Part shown: piece after piece, positions 12,958-26,664 of the stretch
How the letters are laid out: the number at the start of each line of letters is the position of its first letter
Numbering within the stretch: the first letter of the stretch is position 1
Source: Raillietiella orientalis
Lineage: Eukaryota
Direction of reading: 5' to 3'
Assembly: GCA_036172245.1 (NCBI GenBank)
Contig: JAYWIR010000001.1
Span: 2,728,001-2,792,000 of the forward strand
Length of the DNA stretch: 64,000 nucleotides
The notes under the pieces: generated by a model
What the model was told of the DNA's origin: nothing
Seen by the model: only the letters and a program-made list of their open reading frames with translations
Database searches by the model: none
Program-made: the position numbers and the translations under genes

Positions 12958-15900
12958 GAGAAGTGGGAGCGGCGTGCGGCGCGGCCCGTGTCAAGGAGAG
13001 TCATCCCCCGTGGGATTTTCTCTTTGACCCAGCGAAACCGGAAAGTCACCTGGGCTTCTCAGGCTCGGGAATGCAGGAGGAAACGCCGCCGTGGCTTCCT
13101 TCTGGTTTCCTTTTACCATTTTCTTGGGACCGAACACGACAGTGCCACCGGTCCTCCCCCCTCCCCCGGGTAGCTGCTTCTCAACCGCGGTTGGTCCGTG
13201 TGGGAGCGCCCACGGAGGAAGGGTGCGCACTGCGACCCTCGTAAAAGAGTTTCCTCCCGAAAGGGGTGCCATCGAGAACGGAAACTCGGGAATAGGAAAC
13301 CGGGAACCGGACTCTCCGCGGTGGCGACCCATCAGCTCGAACAGGGCAGCTACGAGCTCTTCGGACTTTTCTTTGGCAGCCTCCGAGAGAGCGGCTCTGA
13401 AGCTTCAGAAGGTTTTAGGCACGGCCAGGGAAAGCTGGAGGCGTGTCAGGGAGTGGCACTGGCGAGATCCAGCAAGCCACTCTCTGAGGTGAGAAGGACG
13501 GTAGCTCAGAGAGAGGCTGAAGCGCGGGAATCTGCTGCGAGGAGACGATGACCGCCGCGAGACCAATCGATCCTCTCACCGGCGAGACAGCTGCTGCGCA
13601 TCCGGGAGGCTGCTACTCCGAAGTTTCCGGAAGAGCAAAACAAGGAGGAAACCAGCGGGAGGATGAAGGCATACGGCGGCACCCGTCCCCAACCGGCGTG
13701 ATGGGTGCCGAATCCGGAAGGACGTTCGCAGCCCACGGTCCCTCTCTTGGCGACGTGCCATCTTCTTGGGGCGCTTTTGCACAGTCTCACTGGCACCTGC
13801 TCCAGACGAGGAGGAGGAGAAAGAGCAAACGGTGGGGTCGTTTTTGAAGATACTCTGGCGTCCCGCGCTACTTTACGCACGCTTCACCGCGCCTCGACCC
13901 TGCAGCAGCGGCCACGTCAACGCGGGGAAAGAAAATCAGGATCCAGAAAGTCTGCGAGCTCGCATGCGAGGAAAAAAGAGCGGGAGTTCAGGTGCATGAG
14001 GAGGGCTTCAGGATGGGAGTGAGTCATGAGCGGAAGAGAGGAAGGTATGGCTGGCGACGGCGGTGGCCCAGCCGCTCGAGGCTATACCTCCCTCGGCGCC
14101 ACCGCGGCATCTCTCGGATGGATAAGGCAGCCGATGAGGCGGCTCCTGCGGCTCTCTGAAGAATCTTCCCGTCGACCCTCCCTTCCCTCGCGAAGAACGC
14201 GGCCGTCGCCTCTCCGGAAGTGGCTGTGCTCTCCCCTTGGAACGACCCGTCAGTGCCAACGAACCTACAGGGAGCATCGTGTGCGCGAGTTGTGGTTCAT
14301 ATCCATGTAGGCTCCTCACGATCACGGTGGTGCAGAGGAAAGGCAAGAGTCAGACAGAGATGGCAAGGGGAAAGAGTGCTTTCCAGGAAGTCGGCAGCAC
14401 GAATACGTGGGCAGAAATCGCCAGGCACTTCAAAGAGGAACTCTTAGATGTCTCTGCACGGCTGGGTTCATCGGAATCGGACTGCCAGAATGGAACCTTC
14501 AGAGCAGAAGCTCTCTGGACGAGGAGCTTCAGGGATCCAGAATCTAAGGTGGGCTTCCCGTGAGTGGGCGAGAGGATCAGGAGGCAAAAGGAGCAGGATC
14601 GCAGACGAGCAAGGTGGGAAAAATCCGTTCCGGACCAGCGGGAGGCGTTCACACCTTGGCAACGAGGACGCCATATGCTTTTCAAGGACAAACGGGTGTC
14701 CCGCATGAAAGAAATGCGACCTTCCAGACTGGTGGTGTCTTCCCCCCTTCTTCTTCGCTCCGGGAACCCCCCTGTCGGATGAGCTTCCTCCAGGCTCTTC
14801 CGGGCAACATGGCAGTAACGATCGTAGCGCGTAAGGACGCACGCGGGCAGCAGGCACTCGAACATCCAGGCGAACCCGAGAAGTCACGAGGGCACAGGTG
14901 CCTGCGGTTCCGTCCGCTGCGTCAACAGCGCGGTCGTGCGCCGTTTCCCAGGTGACAGCGACGTGCATCTCAAGCACCCCCGCCAAACTTGGGAACTCAG
15001 CAGTGCCTCGGCGGTGGCACTGCTCAAGGGCGTCGAACGCTCGCCCTGTGTTCCAGATCCATCTTACCCTTGTTACAAGAAGACCCTCCGAGGTACCAGC
15101 GAAACCTGTCAGTTCTGTGCGTCATTATCTTCCGACGGATGCTTCACCCCCATTCCAGTTCCCGTTTTCTCTCGGATTCAGGATGCTGCGCGATGCCCGG
15201 GATGCGAACGGAGCCTTGACTGCTGCGCACGTCTTTCCGAAAGGAAGTGGATCAGAAAGAGCCGACTAAACCCTCCGAACGTCGGAGACTGCCGCTGTCG
15301 CGGACTGAAGGAACAGTTCCAGATGGTCGCAGCCGTCAAAACTCCTGGGGGCTCGTTGGGCGCATTTTCCTGTCTTTTCCGTTCCTTCTTCGTTCGACAA
15401 GCCACCTCTGCCCACGATAGCTGCCCTCCCACTCTTGAGGACCAAACAGAGATGATGGCTCTTCTCTCTCTATCCGTCCGCTCACTTCCACATTATTTCT
15501 CAATGGAAGATGGAAGAGAACTTCCCGCCGTGCAGCCTCACGCACGCAGCATCCTTCGATAAAAGATCTCGACACTTGCGCAGTCTGGGCCCCTTCTCAG
15601 TGCTTCTTGGTTCTTGGCAGTGGTCTGTGAGAGAGCACACGACCTCCGCAGATTGTGATCTTGGCTCGAGAAGCAGAGATGTTGAAGAAACGTCACTGGG
15701 CGGAGGTGCTGGCCGCAGCAGCTGGACCCTCCTGCTTGCCATCGCTGGTGCTTGTCGTAAAGGCAACATACCCTCCCATCGTCGAACTCGTTTGCTGCGG
15801 CGACACCCGTGAGAGAAGGAGGGAGAAGAAGGGAAGCAAGTGCCTGGCTGGAGGGGAGCGCTCCGTCTCCAGCGATAGGGGTGTGAGCTGTCTGAGGAGT

Positions 15901-18900
15901 CTTCCTTCCGGTCGGTCGAATGGGGTACGAGGAAGTGGAAGCGACGGGGTGGAAGTTGGGGAGAACGGGAGGCCGGAGACAGGCTCGCATTCCGCCTTCT
16001 CCGGTCGAAGGCTTGCCCGATCACACGAAGTTTCTTCCACGAGTGAGAGAGAAGGCTGGCTAAGTTCGTCAGTTGCCATCGAACTCGCCCCTTGCGTGCG
16101 GGATTAACCCAGAAACGCGAAGGGCTCTGAGAATAGGTGGCATTGCATGCTCCCCTTCAGCCACATGCATCACGGAGGGGCGAGAACCTCGCTCGCATTC
16201 TGCCAGAAGCTTTTCTGCTAAGAGATTCAGTCGTCCGGCCGGCCTTCGACAAACCCAGCTGCCGTGCAGAGGCATCTGTGAACTCGTCTCTGAAGCTCGC
16301 CACGATCCCGGACTACTCAAAGTTCGCACTGACGATACGTTATCTCTCCTTGCAATTGTATCTTTTCCTTCCCATTCCAGTCTAATACCAGGTCATTTGT
16401 CGTCGTCCGAATCTTGCAAAAAGAGACGCAAACACAAGGCTTGTGATATACTTACCGAGGGGGAGGGACCTCATTAAAAAGGGAGAGAGGTCGCAGAGTA
16501 AGAGTAGCGGCTTGGTATGGCACTGGTGTCAAAGGACCGGATGGTGAGGCGAAAACCATTGCCTTTTGCGAGAGCCCTTCATGCGCCTTCACTACCGATA
16601 CAGGAAGAATCACAGCGATACAGCACCCTTGCAAGTCAATATCTGTTTCCGACTGCCAAAGCGTTTTGCGAAAAGGGGTCACCGAGGAAAAGTAAGCTGT
16701 TTTGTCCAGGCGCTATTGTACAGTTCCACCACGAAGATGCCCCGTTATGAAGTGTTATCATGAAGGTGCATTTGCAGGGCAGCATCGTGGGTCGATCATT
16801 GGGCAAAATGGCACTCACTTCGTGAAGCAGCATTTTCGAATTCACTGAAAGATCTCTTCGAGGTGTGGAGCAAAGTCCTTCCCAACTGGGCAACATCTCG
16901 AATCGTTTAGGTTCCGTTGGATCTCTTCTCGGAGTCCTGGGAAATTTTTCCGGAGTCTTCACGCAACCAGATACCTCCATAGTGACCTTTCTGATGGCTG
17001 GAGAGGGAACAAGGGAGCAACTTTGTTCGTCTGAGAAGAGAACAGCTACTTGCAGGAAGGTCTCTGATACTGAATGTGAAGAAGGAACAACAGGATGTCG
17101 GACGGTCTGTTGTTCTTTGAACCTCTCAAGATTATTCCTGGCGAAAAAATCCAAAGTGGAAAAGAACGAAAGGTGTCAGCAGATTAATCGGATTGGCCGT
17201 GACGTTCGCAGACTCCTGCAGGTCTTCTAATCCCGAGATCACAGGCTCTTGATCGATCATAGTTTGTCTCCACTCACCCTATGATCCCCCCTAGGTATTC
17301 TCTATCAGATCTTCTGGCAGAAAGTTCTGTTCATGGTGTTCCAGAGGGTTTCGTAATTTTCCTTCCCGTTTCCCTGCTCTTCATCGTTCACCGAGAGAGA
17401 GGAGGGGACACCGAGGACGTATTTTCTCGCTCTTCGGGATGCATAAACGCACTTGCCCTGGACAGAATCCGGGAGTATCTCTGATCATCTATGTTCCTCC
17501 AGAAATTTCAGGAGCACATTTTAAAGAGAAAACGCTCAGTTCTAGGTAGAGGCAGCTTGGAGGGAAGAAATGACTTAAAACATCCCGTCTTCTGCGGTCG
17601 AGTGTTCCAATTCCTCGGTGTGAGCAGCCTCTTCAACGGCATCTGCGATGTCTCTCTCTACTAGAGCTGGCAACTGCAAACAGACATCCTCTAAGCCTTC
17701 TTCGACAGCTCCCCCACTGCAGAGATCATCAAACGCTTTGCTGTTCGTGCTCGAGTATGTGTCGGAGCCTCTGGAAGACTCTCTTTCCTGTTGAGAAAAC
17801 GGCGAAGTCGTTGCTCCAGGAGGTGCAGTCCAAAGCCTTGAGGCAGTTGCTTGCGGGGCGATGTTGCTGTCATTGTCCACCAGATGAAGGAAAAACGTCT
17901 GAAATTTCGTGGTTTCCCATCTCCCTACTTGGGAACTCGAGAAGCGTTCGGGATCTCGCCATCATGTGGCCACCTTTCGCCTCCAGCTCGTGGCTCATGG
18001 AAAAGAAGACTCTCTAGCCGTGTCTGCTCGTGTATCAAAAGGCTGCTCGACATCCTCAAGAAATGGTTCTCAGGTGCAACAGAAGAATCTCGAACTGTCT
18101 GGTTCGAACAGGCGGCGCGCGCGCCCGTCCACAGAACGCTTCCTTCCTCTGCCGAAACGGGGAAATGCAACGAGCCGTGAACGTGACATCCGTCCGGCGA
18201 AGAGCCCTCTCGTGCAGCAGCCGAGAGTCACGGAGGCTTCCAGAAAATTTAGGTGCCTGGGATGATGAAAAAAAGGAGGGAACTCTTTCAAACCTCCTCC
18301 AGGGACAAAGGAAAAAAAGAAAACCTGGGAACGCCTCGGGAGAAAAAGAGAGAAGGAAGCGCTTGCGAAATGCGGTCGCGTGCGAGCCGATTCATCTGCT
18401 CTCGACTCAAAATCCTCGGATCTCTTATGCAGAACGTCGCGAGGAAGGCTCCACGGAAGTCATCTCTGCCCTACTCCTTCTCCCTGGCACTCCATCGAAA
18501 GGTAAAGTTGCTGATGGTTTCCGTGTTTTGGCTGCCACCCGCTCCACAACCTCGCGAGAAAAAAGGCATGGTGCGTCCCCGCAGATCTACGAACGCGCTG
18601 GACCACTCCAACTGCCGGTACTTACTTCCCTGAGGAGGGAAGCGACGTACTCCTCCTCGAGCTGGTTCCTTCCCGAGAACGGAGCAGGACAAAGTCCCGT
18701 CGATGGACAAGAAAGTCTTCACCACTGCGCTTTGAAATTGTCCGGTTGCCCTGCTGCCCCACTGTTTCCCAGACGACGGCACACGAGGACTCCCACTGGC
18801 TTCATTGAGCTTCCCTCTGCTTGTGCACAGCCAGAGATGTTTTCCAGATGCAGAAAGATGTCGACTCCGGATCCCCGTTTCGGAAGCGCAGCCGCGAAAT

Positions 18901-21900
18901 GGATTTTCTTGGGCACAAGAGCCAGCGGAAGAGAAGGGCGCTGCACCTGAGTGACCGGTCACAGAAGACTTGCTGCAAGGGATGCAAGAATCAACGAGGA
19001 AGCCATTCTTCTCGAAGTACGCAGACGGTGTCCTTGACCGGAAGAAAGTCAAGGCGCGACCGAATTTGTCGAGACGGAGAGGACCGCAAGGCAAACGTCT
19101 CAAAGGGAGGATCAGTGCATTTGGGAATTTCGATAGGCAGAGCCTATTTGGAGGAAGTGCGAGACTCCTAGGATAGCCCTACCCGGTCAACTTTTCTCCT
19201 CGCAGAGGCATTCGAACGATTTCCAGAAGAATCGCGCAATCGGGAGACCCGCAGCATCTCAGAGGAAGCCGCAGGAAGAGAATTCGCTGGGACAGGCAGC
19301 AAGGAATAGGAACGGAGGTTTTTGATAGGTCCTGTACGATCACTCTGCAGTTTCTCAACAAGAGGTGGGAGCCGTCTAGTGGTAGGCAGAAGGTCAGGCA
19401 GACCTGAAAGAGGTCTCTCCTGCCGTGGTAGGGGTGCATCGGAATTGGCAACCGGATTGCAGGGTTCTCGAAGCAGTGGGAAAAAAGTCTTCACGTGCAC
19501 TGGCACCTACGGATCACTGGAGAGCGCAAGGAGCAAGATAGAACTCATCACGGGGCGGGGCGGATTCGAATCAGACTCTCCCCCAAGAGAACGCCGGAAA
19601 GTGGGACAGTCGCTACAGGAAGTGCGGCAAAGTGGACCGCCTACGCGTCTGGAGGAGCGCACACACGTCGTAAGAACGATGAGCACCCATTCACCGTGGG
19701 CTGATCTCTGAACCGGAGAATGGGGTCGGCTGCACTAGGGGCCGGGCTGACGTCATCCCACGACGTGATAGAGAATTTTTTGGCCAGAATGACGCGAACT
19801 GCGAGATGAGAAATGGCGGCTCGTTGGCGTCGTGCAACGCGGCCCACATAAAGCCCCACCACGTGCATTCGCTCGCTGCCATGCCACAGAAGGAGAGCAC
19901 GATAAAACGTACCAGCGGATACCATGTGCGTGCGTGGGCGTGCTGGCACCAATAGATTGCATTACTGCCGACGGATACATATGACGCAATACACAGTGGT
20001 GTGGTCTTTCCCTGAGCAGTGCGTATGCAGGATGATTTCAGAAAAGATGCTGCACTAATGATAAGTGAAGAAACGGATCGACGGGAAACTGAAATAAACA
20101 TAGGACACGTACCAATTAATGAAGCTCCCGGAGACACGCATCACCCACACGACAGTGCACGTGGAATACGAAGGCGTGATCCAAAGTTTCCAGGAGTTTG
20201 TGCTGGAGGATCACCCTGGAAGTTTCGCAGTTACGAGGCAGCCAGCAGGTCCATTTTTATGAAGTTCGAATCGGCACAGGGATGGAGCCAAAAGAACCGT
20301 TGTCAAGAGACGTTGGAGAATGTCTGGTGACTTTACCGTCCTTGTCCGCGGTAGTATGCTCCCTGGCAATCCATCCCTCTGTTCCCAGCATGGAATTTGG
20401 GGAATTTGGAGGAAAAGAGACAGAGCGTCCCTATGAAGCCAAACTACTATCCGACCCATGTGGCTTTCTCTTGAAGGTTTCTCTCGCAATAAATGATGCT
20501 GGAAGGTAAATGCTTTGGTAGCATCCTCTCACTCACAAGATTGCGGATCACATCCGTAAATCACTTCACAGCTGAAGACTTCCAGCATGGCGCTCAGAAG
20601 CAGCAGCAGCAGCGTTTAGGCGCTTCCGCGACTTCAGCCGAAGGCTATCCTGAAGGGGACATGCATTCTTACGTTGTGCGCGCACGTATGTATGCGTAGA
20701 ACGAAGACGAAGTCTTGGAGCATCCTGACCACCTCCAGCAGGCACTACAAGAAAATTACGCTGCATCCACTTTCATGTGTGCACTCCTCTTCACTCGAGG
20801 TCACTTCGTATACCCATGATCCATGCTTCATGCTATACTCCTCCCTAGCATTCTTTGTGGTCAGAGAGACACGAGTGCTCTTGCAGCACAGTGAAAGTGG
20901 ATGATGATCCTTGCTTCCCCAATTTACCGGGTTGAGAGGAAGGGGGGGGGAGATATTGCACGATGGGTAGCGTGGCACGCGATGCCTTGTCCAAAGCCAG
21001 TGCCCAAAGCAGGATCTGAAAACACGGAATTCTCCAGGATGCCTTCGAGATCGCAAGCGTCTCGTTCGGATGTTTCCACTGAGCCTTTAAGCTCACAGGA
21101 GAAACACCGCTCGACCTCTATGGCAACGTACGGAGGCACCAAACATCTTCAAAATATGTTCCCAAGGAATGGGCGCATCACGACATCGTGGAGACCTCGC
21201 ACGAGCTGCTGGAATGCTCAATGATGCAGCACAGCTGGAGACCCGTCGCTAAGGGGCACTTGACTGTCCGAGGTGATGCTCCCCGAGAATTCATACGGAG
21301 GACACTTCCCTCCTCTAGCCTAGCTTCCAGAAAAGGGAGCCCGCTGCTAAGCCAGAAGCACCCAAAGGAACCCTGTGCGAAGCTGGCCGAAAAGGTGGCT
21401 CCAAATGAAGGGCGCTGCAAGAGGGCTCTCCAGGAAAGTAGCGAGGAAAGCCGCAACAGAAACTTTCACGATTTCGTCCTCACTTGTCCCTTCCTGACGC
21501 AGGTCCCCGCTCTTCCCTGTGAGACACATGACTTCAGAGCACGGCCAGCAGGATGTCCCGCCACCTGACGGGCCACCTGGCTCACCCTGCAGGACGGTGT
21601 TACGCGCGCACCACCTGAGCCACCCTCTCAGAGATGATGCGGCATCCGATGGAGTGAACCCACACACTCGCAAAGTCCAGGGTCCGTCGCCGCTGAAGGA
21701 ATGAAAGCAGCCGAGCGGGAATTCACCTGCACCCGATGACAGGAATCAGCCCGGCTGACTGGGGGAGGCCCGAGGGTTTCGAGCTGGGCGTACCTGCTAG
21801 TCCTCTCTCGAAGGAAACTGACAGCCCCTCCGAAGACAACGAGCAGCCTTCGCTCTACACCGGGAGGAATCGTCCCACAGGCGTCGTCATAGCGTCGCCG

Positions 21901-22273
21901 GAACAGAAGTCCTTCCCCCTCCTCCTGCTTTTGCTCCCCCTCCACCCCCGAATCCGTGCGAGGGGTGCGCGCTCTAGTGGAGTTCCACCCCACATCTCTT
22001 ATTCGTCCTTCCAGCCGGACAGCATCCCGACAGAGGAACCCTTGCGCGACATCTTCGTCCCAGACGACTTTCGACGGCCTTGCAGCAGTCACGATCCTGT
22101 GCCGCGTCCGCGTGGCATCAAGGCGGATCGTTTTTCAGACGGCGTCGCGCGCCATCTCCACGCCAGGGGGATGGCAGCAGAGAGTTCGGCTCAACCTGGC
22201 ACCGACAGCAAGGGGAGGAGGGCACCACTCGCACAGCGCAAGGGCGGAAACCCTATGGACTCTCCTCCTGTTA

Positions 22274-22283
22274 TTTATTTATT
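22274..22283 (-). terminator. Candidate distal poly(A) signals, overlapping AATAAATAAA
   Basis: tttatttatt on the + strand in GC-rich surroundings; motif only. Confidence 0.35.
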
Positions 22284-23153
22284 CTTCGTCTCTTCATCCG
22301 TCACTTCGGACGTCCTGACTCCCCCCTCTTTTCCCGCCCAGACCAATTGGGCGTCCATCAGCACAGCTCCTCCACCCTTATTCCGCGAGATTCCAGGATG
22401 AGACTCGGTTCCCCTCCTCGTGTGTTTCATTTCTTGATACGGGACGATCGGAGTGGAACGCACAGACCGTCGGGAGTCGTCATCATCTCCACGAGGGTTA
22501 AACGGACCGGCCCCCCTCGCTCCATCCTTAAACGCGCACCTCCTGCTCTCTCTCTCCCTCAGCCGGCGACTTCCTCCTGAGTGCTGCCTTGGGACCCTTC
22601 CGCCTCTCGCCAGCAACAGGACTTCCCTACTCGCAAAAAGAAACTCGTTTGTTCCTTAAATAAATGGCGCCGCGAAATCCACGGGAGGACAGGACGTGTA
22701 CGTCCGTAGCGTTGGCAACAGCACGCTCTGGCTACCCGCACGCCAGACGGCGAGCACGTCCGAGCGTGTGAGACTGCAGTCCAGCAATCCAGAGCGAACG
22801 CTGGGCAGTGCAGTGCGATGCCGCTGATGAGCGGGAGGAACGGAAGGTTCCACGTGCTCTGCTGCCAGTTGCGGGGGTGGCCCACGCGAACGCTGGCTGC
22901 TCACGTACTCCGAGCGCATAGCAACGGCTCGCTCGCTCGCACTGGGGAGGCGCGACAGCTACTGGCAATGCGTTCCAGCAGCCAACTGACTGGCCGTGAC
23001 CTTGAAAGGAGCCTCCAGGGAGAGAAGGCGGAAAGCGGCGTTCCGGCAGCCCGTCTGGCCGCACACACGAACGGTCCGCATCCCACGCCGATTCTTCGCG
23101 CGGCAGACCCCGGTCGCGCCAACGGAACCGCGGGCCAAAGAGTACCCTCTTTG

Positions 23154-23219
23154 GCCCGTGCCGTGACCTCGCACCTCGTCTCCTTCCTCGCCACCCTCCC
23201 CCTCCCCCTGCTCCTTCCC
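23154..23219. repeat. Inverted-repeat arm B
   Basis: gcccgtgccgtgacctcgcacctcgtctccttcctcgccaccctccccctccccctgctccttccc is the reverse complement of arm A. Confidence 0.95.
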
Positions 23220-25001
23220 TTGTACAGGCAAACGCAGGCTCAGCGTCTCCATCCTGAAGGGCCGAACCTGCTCCAGAACTCTCTCCCCCTCGTTCCCAGT
23301 GCCCCGTAGCGCTAGGAAGCCTTTGGAAGGAGGGAGGCTGCGCCACAGCCGGAGGGGACCAAACTGAAGGAAAACTTCCAATCGTCCTGTCGCCTGGGTT
23401 CGGCAGACCTCTGGTCTTTCCTCCTCATCTGATGGACGTTTCTGAGGCGAGCGCGCCCACAACCGTTGGAGCTCTCTTGACGGATCCCCGAAGGACATCA
23501 AGCGAAAGGAAAGGGAGAGAAGCCTCGTAGCAGTGGAGGTCAACTAAAGAGCGAAGAAGGTCGCCGTCCTTACTCGTAAGCGGACTCTCTGGGAATCCGG
23601 CATCCAGTTATCAAAGGAGGTCAGTTCACCTTGCCTCCCCCTCCATCCATGAGGTCCCGAGGGATCTCTCCCCATCCCTCCTCCTCCTACCTTCCCTGCC
23701 CCAGCAGCCTGCCGAGAGACTCTTCAAGTAGCCTGGATGAGCGTAAGACGCGAGGATGCACCCGAGATGGCAACTGCCCAAGTCAGGAGCGATGCCCTCC
23801 TGCACCAGTCACTCGAGAAGGCCAAGCCGCACCGGAACCACGGCAGACGCGGGCGGTAGACCCCTCGGGCGCTGACCTCAGACCCCTCCCTAGTGCAGCC
23901 GACCGTTCGAAGAAGACCTCACCTTTCCCTCAGGAGAATGAATCCTCCCTCCTTTCCTGTTCCTCCTTCGCCCTTCCAGAAACGGAACCACGCTGGCTAG
24001 AAGCTCCCCTCGAGCAATCCATCCTTTCGCTTTGAGCGAGAGGGATCTCCTCGCAGTCTCTTGCCTTCACCTCCGTCGCCTTGATGGTGGAGTGGTCTCG
24101 CACTCTCCCACCGAGAGGGAGGGAGTTCAGCCCGCCCAACCGTTGGAACGGAGAGGCGGCAGGCGCTCCAGAGCGCCCGATCCTTGAAAAGAGCCGTTCT
24201 TCCCAGCTACTTCGAGATTACAGCGGCGTTCTATCCCCGGAGGAACCTGTTTGTCCCTTGGCAGCATTTTCTGTGGTCTCGGAGGTCTCAGATGAACCTG
24301 TCTGTCTCCTGGCAGCGGCCGCAGCTCCAGCATCGCTGGACTCTGAGGCGCTCCGAGATCCGGAGCGCCACCTTCTCTCGGCAGAGCCCTGGTAACGCTC
24401 CAGATGGCAGGCCGCGCAAGGTCTGGGTCCGCTCCCTTCGCCGAGGAGCCAGGCGCGCGTGCAAGATGAGGACAGGAGAGGCTGAGTTCAGCTCCCGAAG
24501 ACAGGGACGCGCGCGACCCGGGTTCACGGGGCTCCGAACGGAGGAGGGGAACGCCGGTGAAAGGCGAATGCTTCTGCAAGGGGATGGTGGAAGTGACCAA
24601 GGAAGGGCAGAGGAACTGGAAGGAGGCGAGGACAAGGACTGTCGGTTTCGGCAGAAACAGAGATCCTCGTGAGAGACCCGAGTGCGCCTGAGGACGGCCT
24701 CCAGAATCCTTGGAGGCGTCCGGCGGGCCGAGATCGAACAAGTTCCGGTGGCGCGCACCCTCTGCGGCGGCGATGCTGAGGACCGACCACCTGCGGGGCC
24801 CGAGCCTCACAACTAGTTCGCTCACGGGTCCACCGCGGGCTCCATGACAATTCTGTTCTGCAGTGGCTGCTGCTCCGGCTGAGACGGTCGCCGGACCTGG
24901 CAGGACCAGCTGCTCACGGAATCCCAGCACGCGTGTGACCTTTCATCGAACGAGTGACCTCTTTTTCTCCCGAGCTTTCCTTCTTCTTTTTGAGCCACTC
25001 G

Positions 25002-25007
25002 TTTATT
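25002..25007 (-). terminator. Candidate proximal poly(A) signal AATAAA
   Basis: tttatt on the + strand about 1.66 kb after the stop codon; motif only. Confidence 0.35.
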
Positions 25008-26565
25008 CGCTTATTGATTTTGTCTTCCGCAATGCGGGTGAGGAAGACAGGCTCAGCTGAAGGGCGGAATCCACAAGGCTTGCTCCAGGGAGGCAGACCC
25101 TACCCGTGGGCCCACGTCCCTCACAACCCGTCGGCAGCTCGCGCGCGCCTCTTGACTTCCAGCAGCCGAAAGATGCGTGGACGGCCCATCGTTGAAACGA
25201 GATGCTTGCCGCTCTTGGAACGTGCGAAACCGCCCCACTGCCGCCCCAGGAAGCAGCGCGGCAGCACTTTCGCTTTCGCTCCCTCCCCCTCCCGTCGAGG
25301 CTGCACCTGCGCGAGTGGAAGGAGGGGAAAGCGCGAAGGCGCCCCTCCCCCTTCTCCTCCTCTTCCTCCTCCTCCTCCGCCGTCTGGTCACGGGAGGGCC
25401 GCCCCTTCGTTCCTGTTTCCGGGACGGGGAGAAGTAGCGCATCAGCAGCCGGACGGAAGGCGGAGAGGGAGGACGAGAGAAACCGGCGGTGGGAACGGGA
25501 AGCCGAAGGGAGAGGGAAGAGGACGGGAGAATTCGAGGCCTGAACTCGGGAACGTGATGTCGGGGGGCGGGGGGGGACACGGCGGACGCTCCCCGGAGCC
25601 CGTGCCGCCGAGGCTGACGTCACTCCCGCCAGGGGGCGACTGAGGCCTTTCCCCCGCTTAGCCCGAGGCCTCCTATCCAGTGCGAGGGCTGCCCTCTGCT
25701 CCTCCCCAAAGGACGGGGGAGGGACAAGGAGGGAGGGAGGGCAGGAGACGGTTGCGGCGGCGGTGTGAGGTGGGGAATATCCTCCCCCACCATTCCAGAC
25801 CTCGTCCCGGTCGGGCCGACGGCCCGCTCCTCCCGGGCGCGGCGAAAGAAAGAAAAAACCACAAAATTCCTTTTCCTTTTTTTCCTTTTTTTTCCTTTTT
25901 TTTTGTTTCCTCTTTTTCCTCAGACGCGTCCTGGGGAATTCACCGGGATCTCTCCGCTTCTCGTTTCTCCGCTCCTCCCTTCCTTCCCAAAGTCGGGCGA
26001 CCACAGCGTCCCCTCGAGGAGGAAGGAACGGGGAAGAGGGGGGTGTAGAGGGAAGGGGAAAAACGGGAGAGGGGGAGGGGAGGGGAGCGATAGAAAGGGA
26101 GGGAGGGGGGAGGGGAGTAATAATAATAATAAAAAAAAAGTCCCGTTTTTGACTTGGGAGGACCTCTGGAGGGCCGGAAGGAGGAGGGGTCGTGGGGGTG
26201 GGGGGTGGAGGGCAGCGTCGATCTGCCGTTGCATGGCGGACCGCCTTGCCGGCTGCCCTCGAAGATCTCCCTGCCTCCCCTGATTTTTCGTCCTCGCCGT
26301 CCTTTCGTCGAATGTCTTTCGTCCTTTTTTTCCCCTCCCCTCTTTTCACCCCTCCCCCCCTCCCCTTCCCTTTTTTTTTTTTTTTCCTTTTTCCTTTTCC
26401 TTCTCGAAAAACAAACGAACGGACGAGCAAACAAACAAACAAAATGGCAGCGAGAGCGCCCTCTTCTTCCGGGCGGGGTCGGGAGGGGGCGAAGAGGGAG
26501 AGAGAGGCAGTGGGACGACCGGAGTGGATCGAGTTCCCCCCCCCCCCCGACCGTCCGGCCGGCGC

Positions 26566-26641
26566 GGGAAGGAGCAGGGGGAGGGGGAGGGAGGGTGTGG
26601 GTGGCGAGGAAGGAGACGAGGTGCGAGGTCACGGCGCGGGC
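26566..26641. repeat. Inverted-repeat arm A, starting after a 23-nt spacer following the rn stop codon
   Basis: Its reverse complement matches 23154-23219 apart from one substitution and a 10-nt insertion. Confidence 0.95.
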
Positions 26642-26664
26642 TGCGTGTCCGCGACCTCCCTCTC

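Noticed and set aside
16640-17880. Possible decayed retroelement or gene on the minus strand
   Set aside because: Protein-like fragments interrupted by stops, with no diagnostic motif; BLASTX would be needed.
25003-26442. 479-aa minus-strand ORF after the stop codon
   Set aside because: Low-complexity translation of 3'UTR homopolymer tracts; in-frame readthrough of the CDS stops after 11 further codons.
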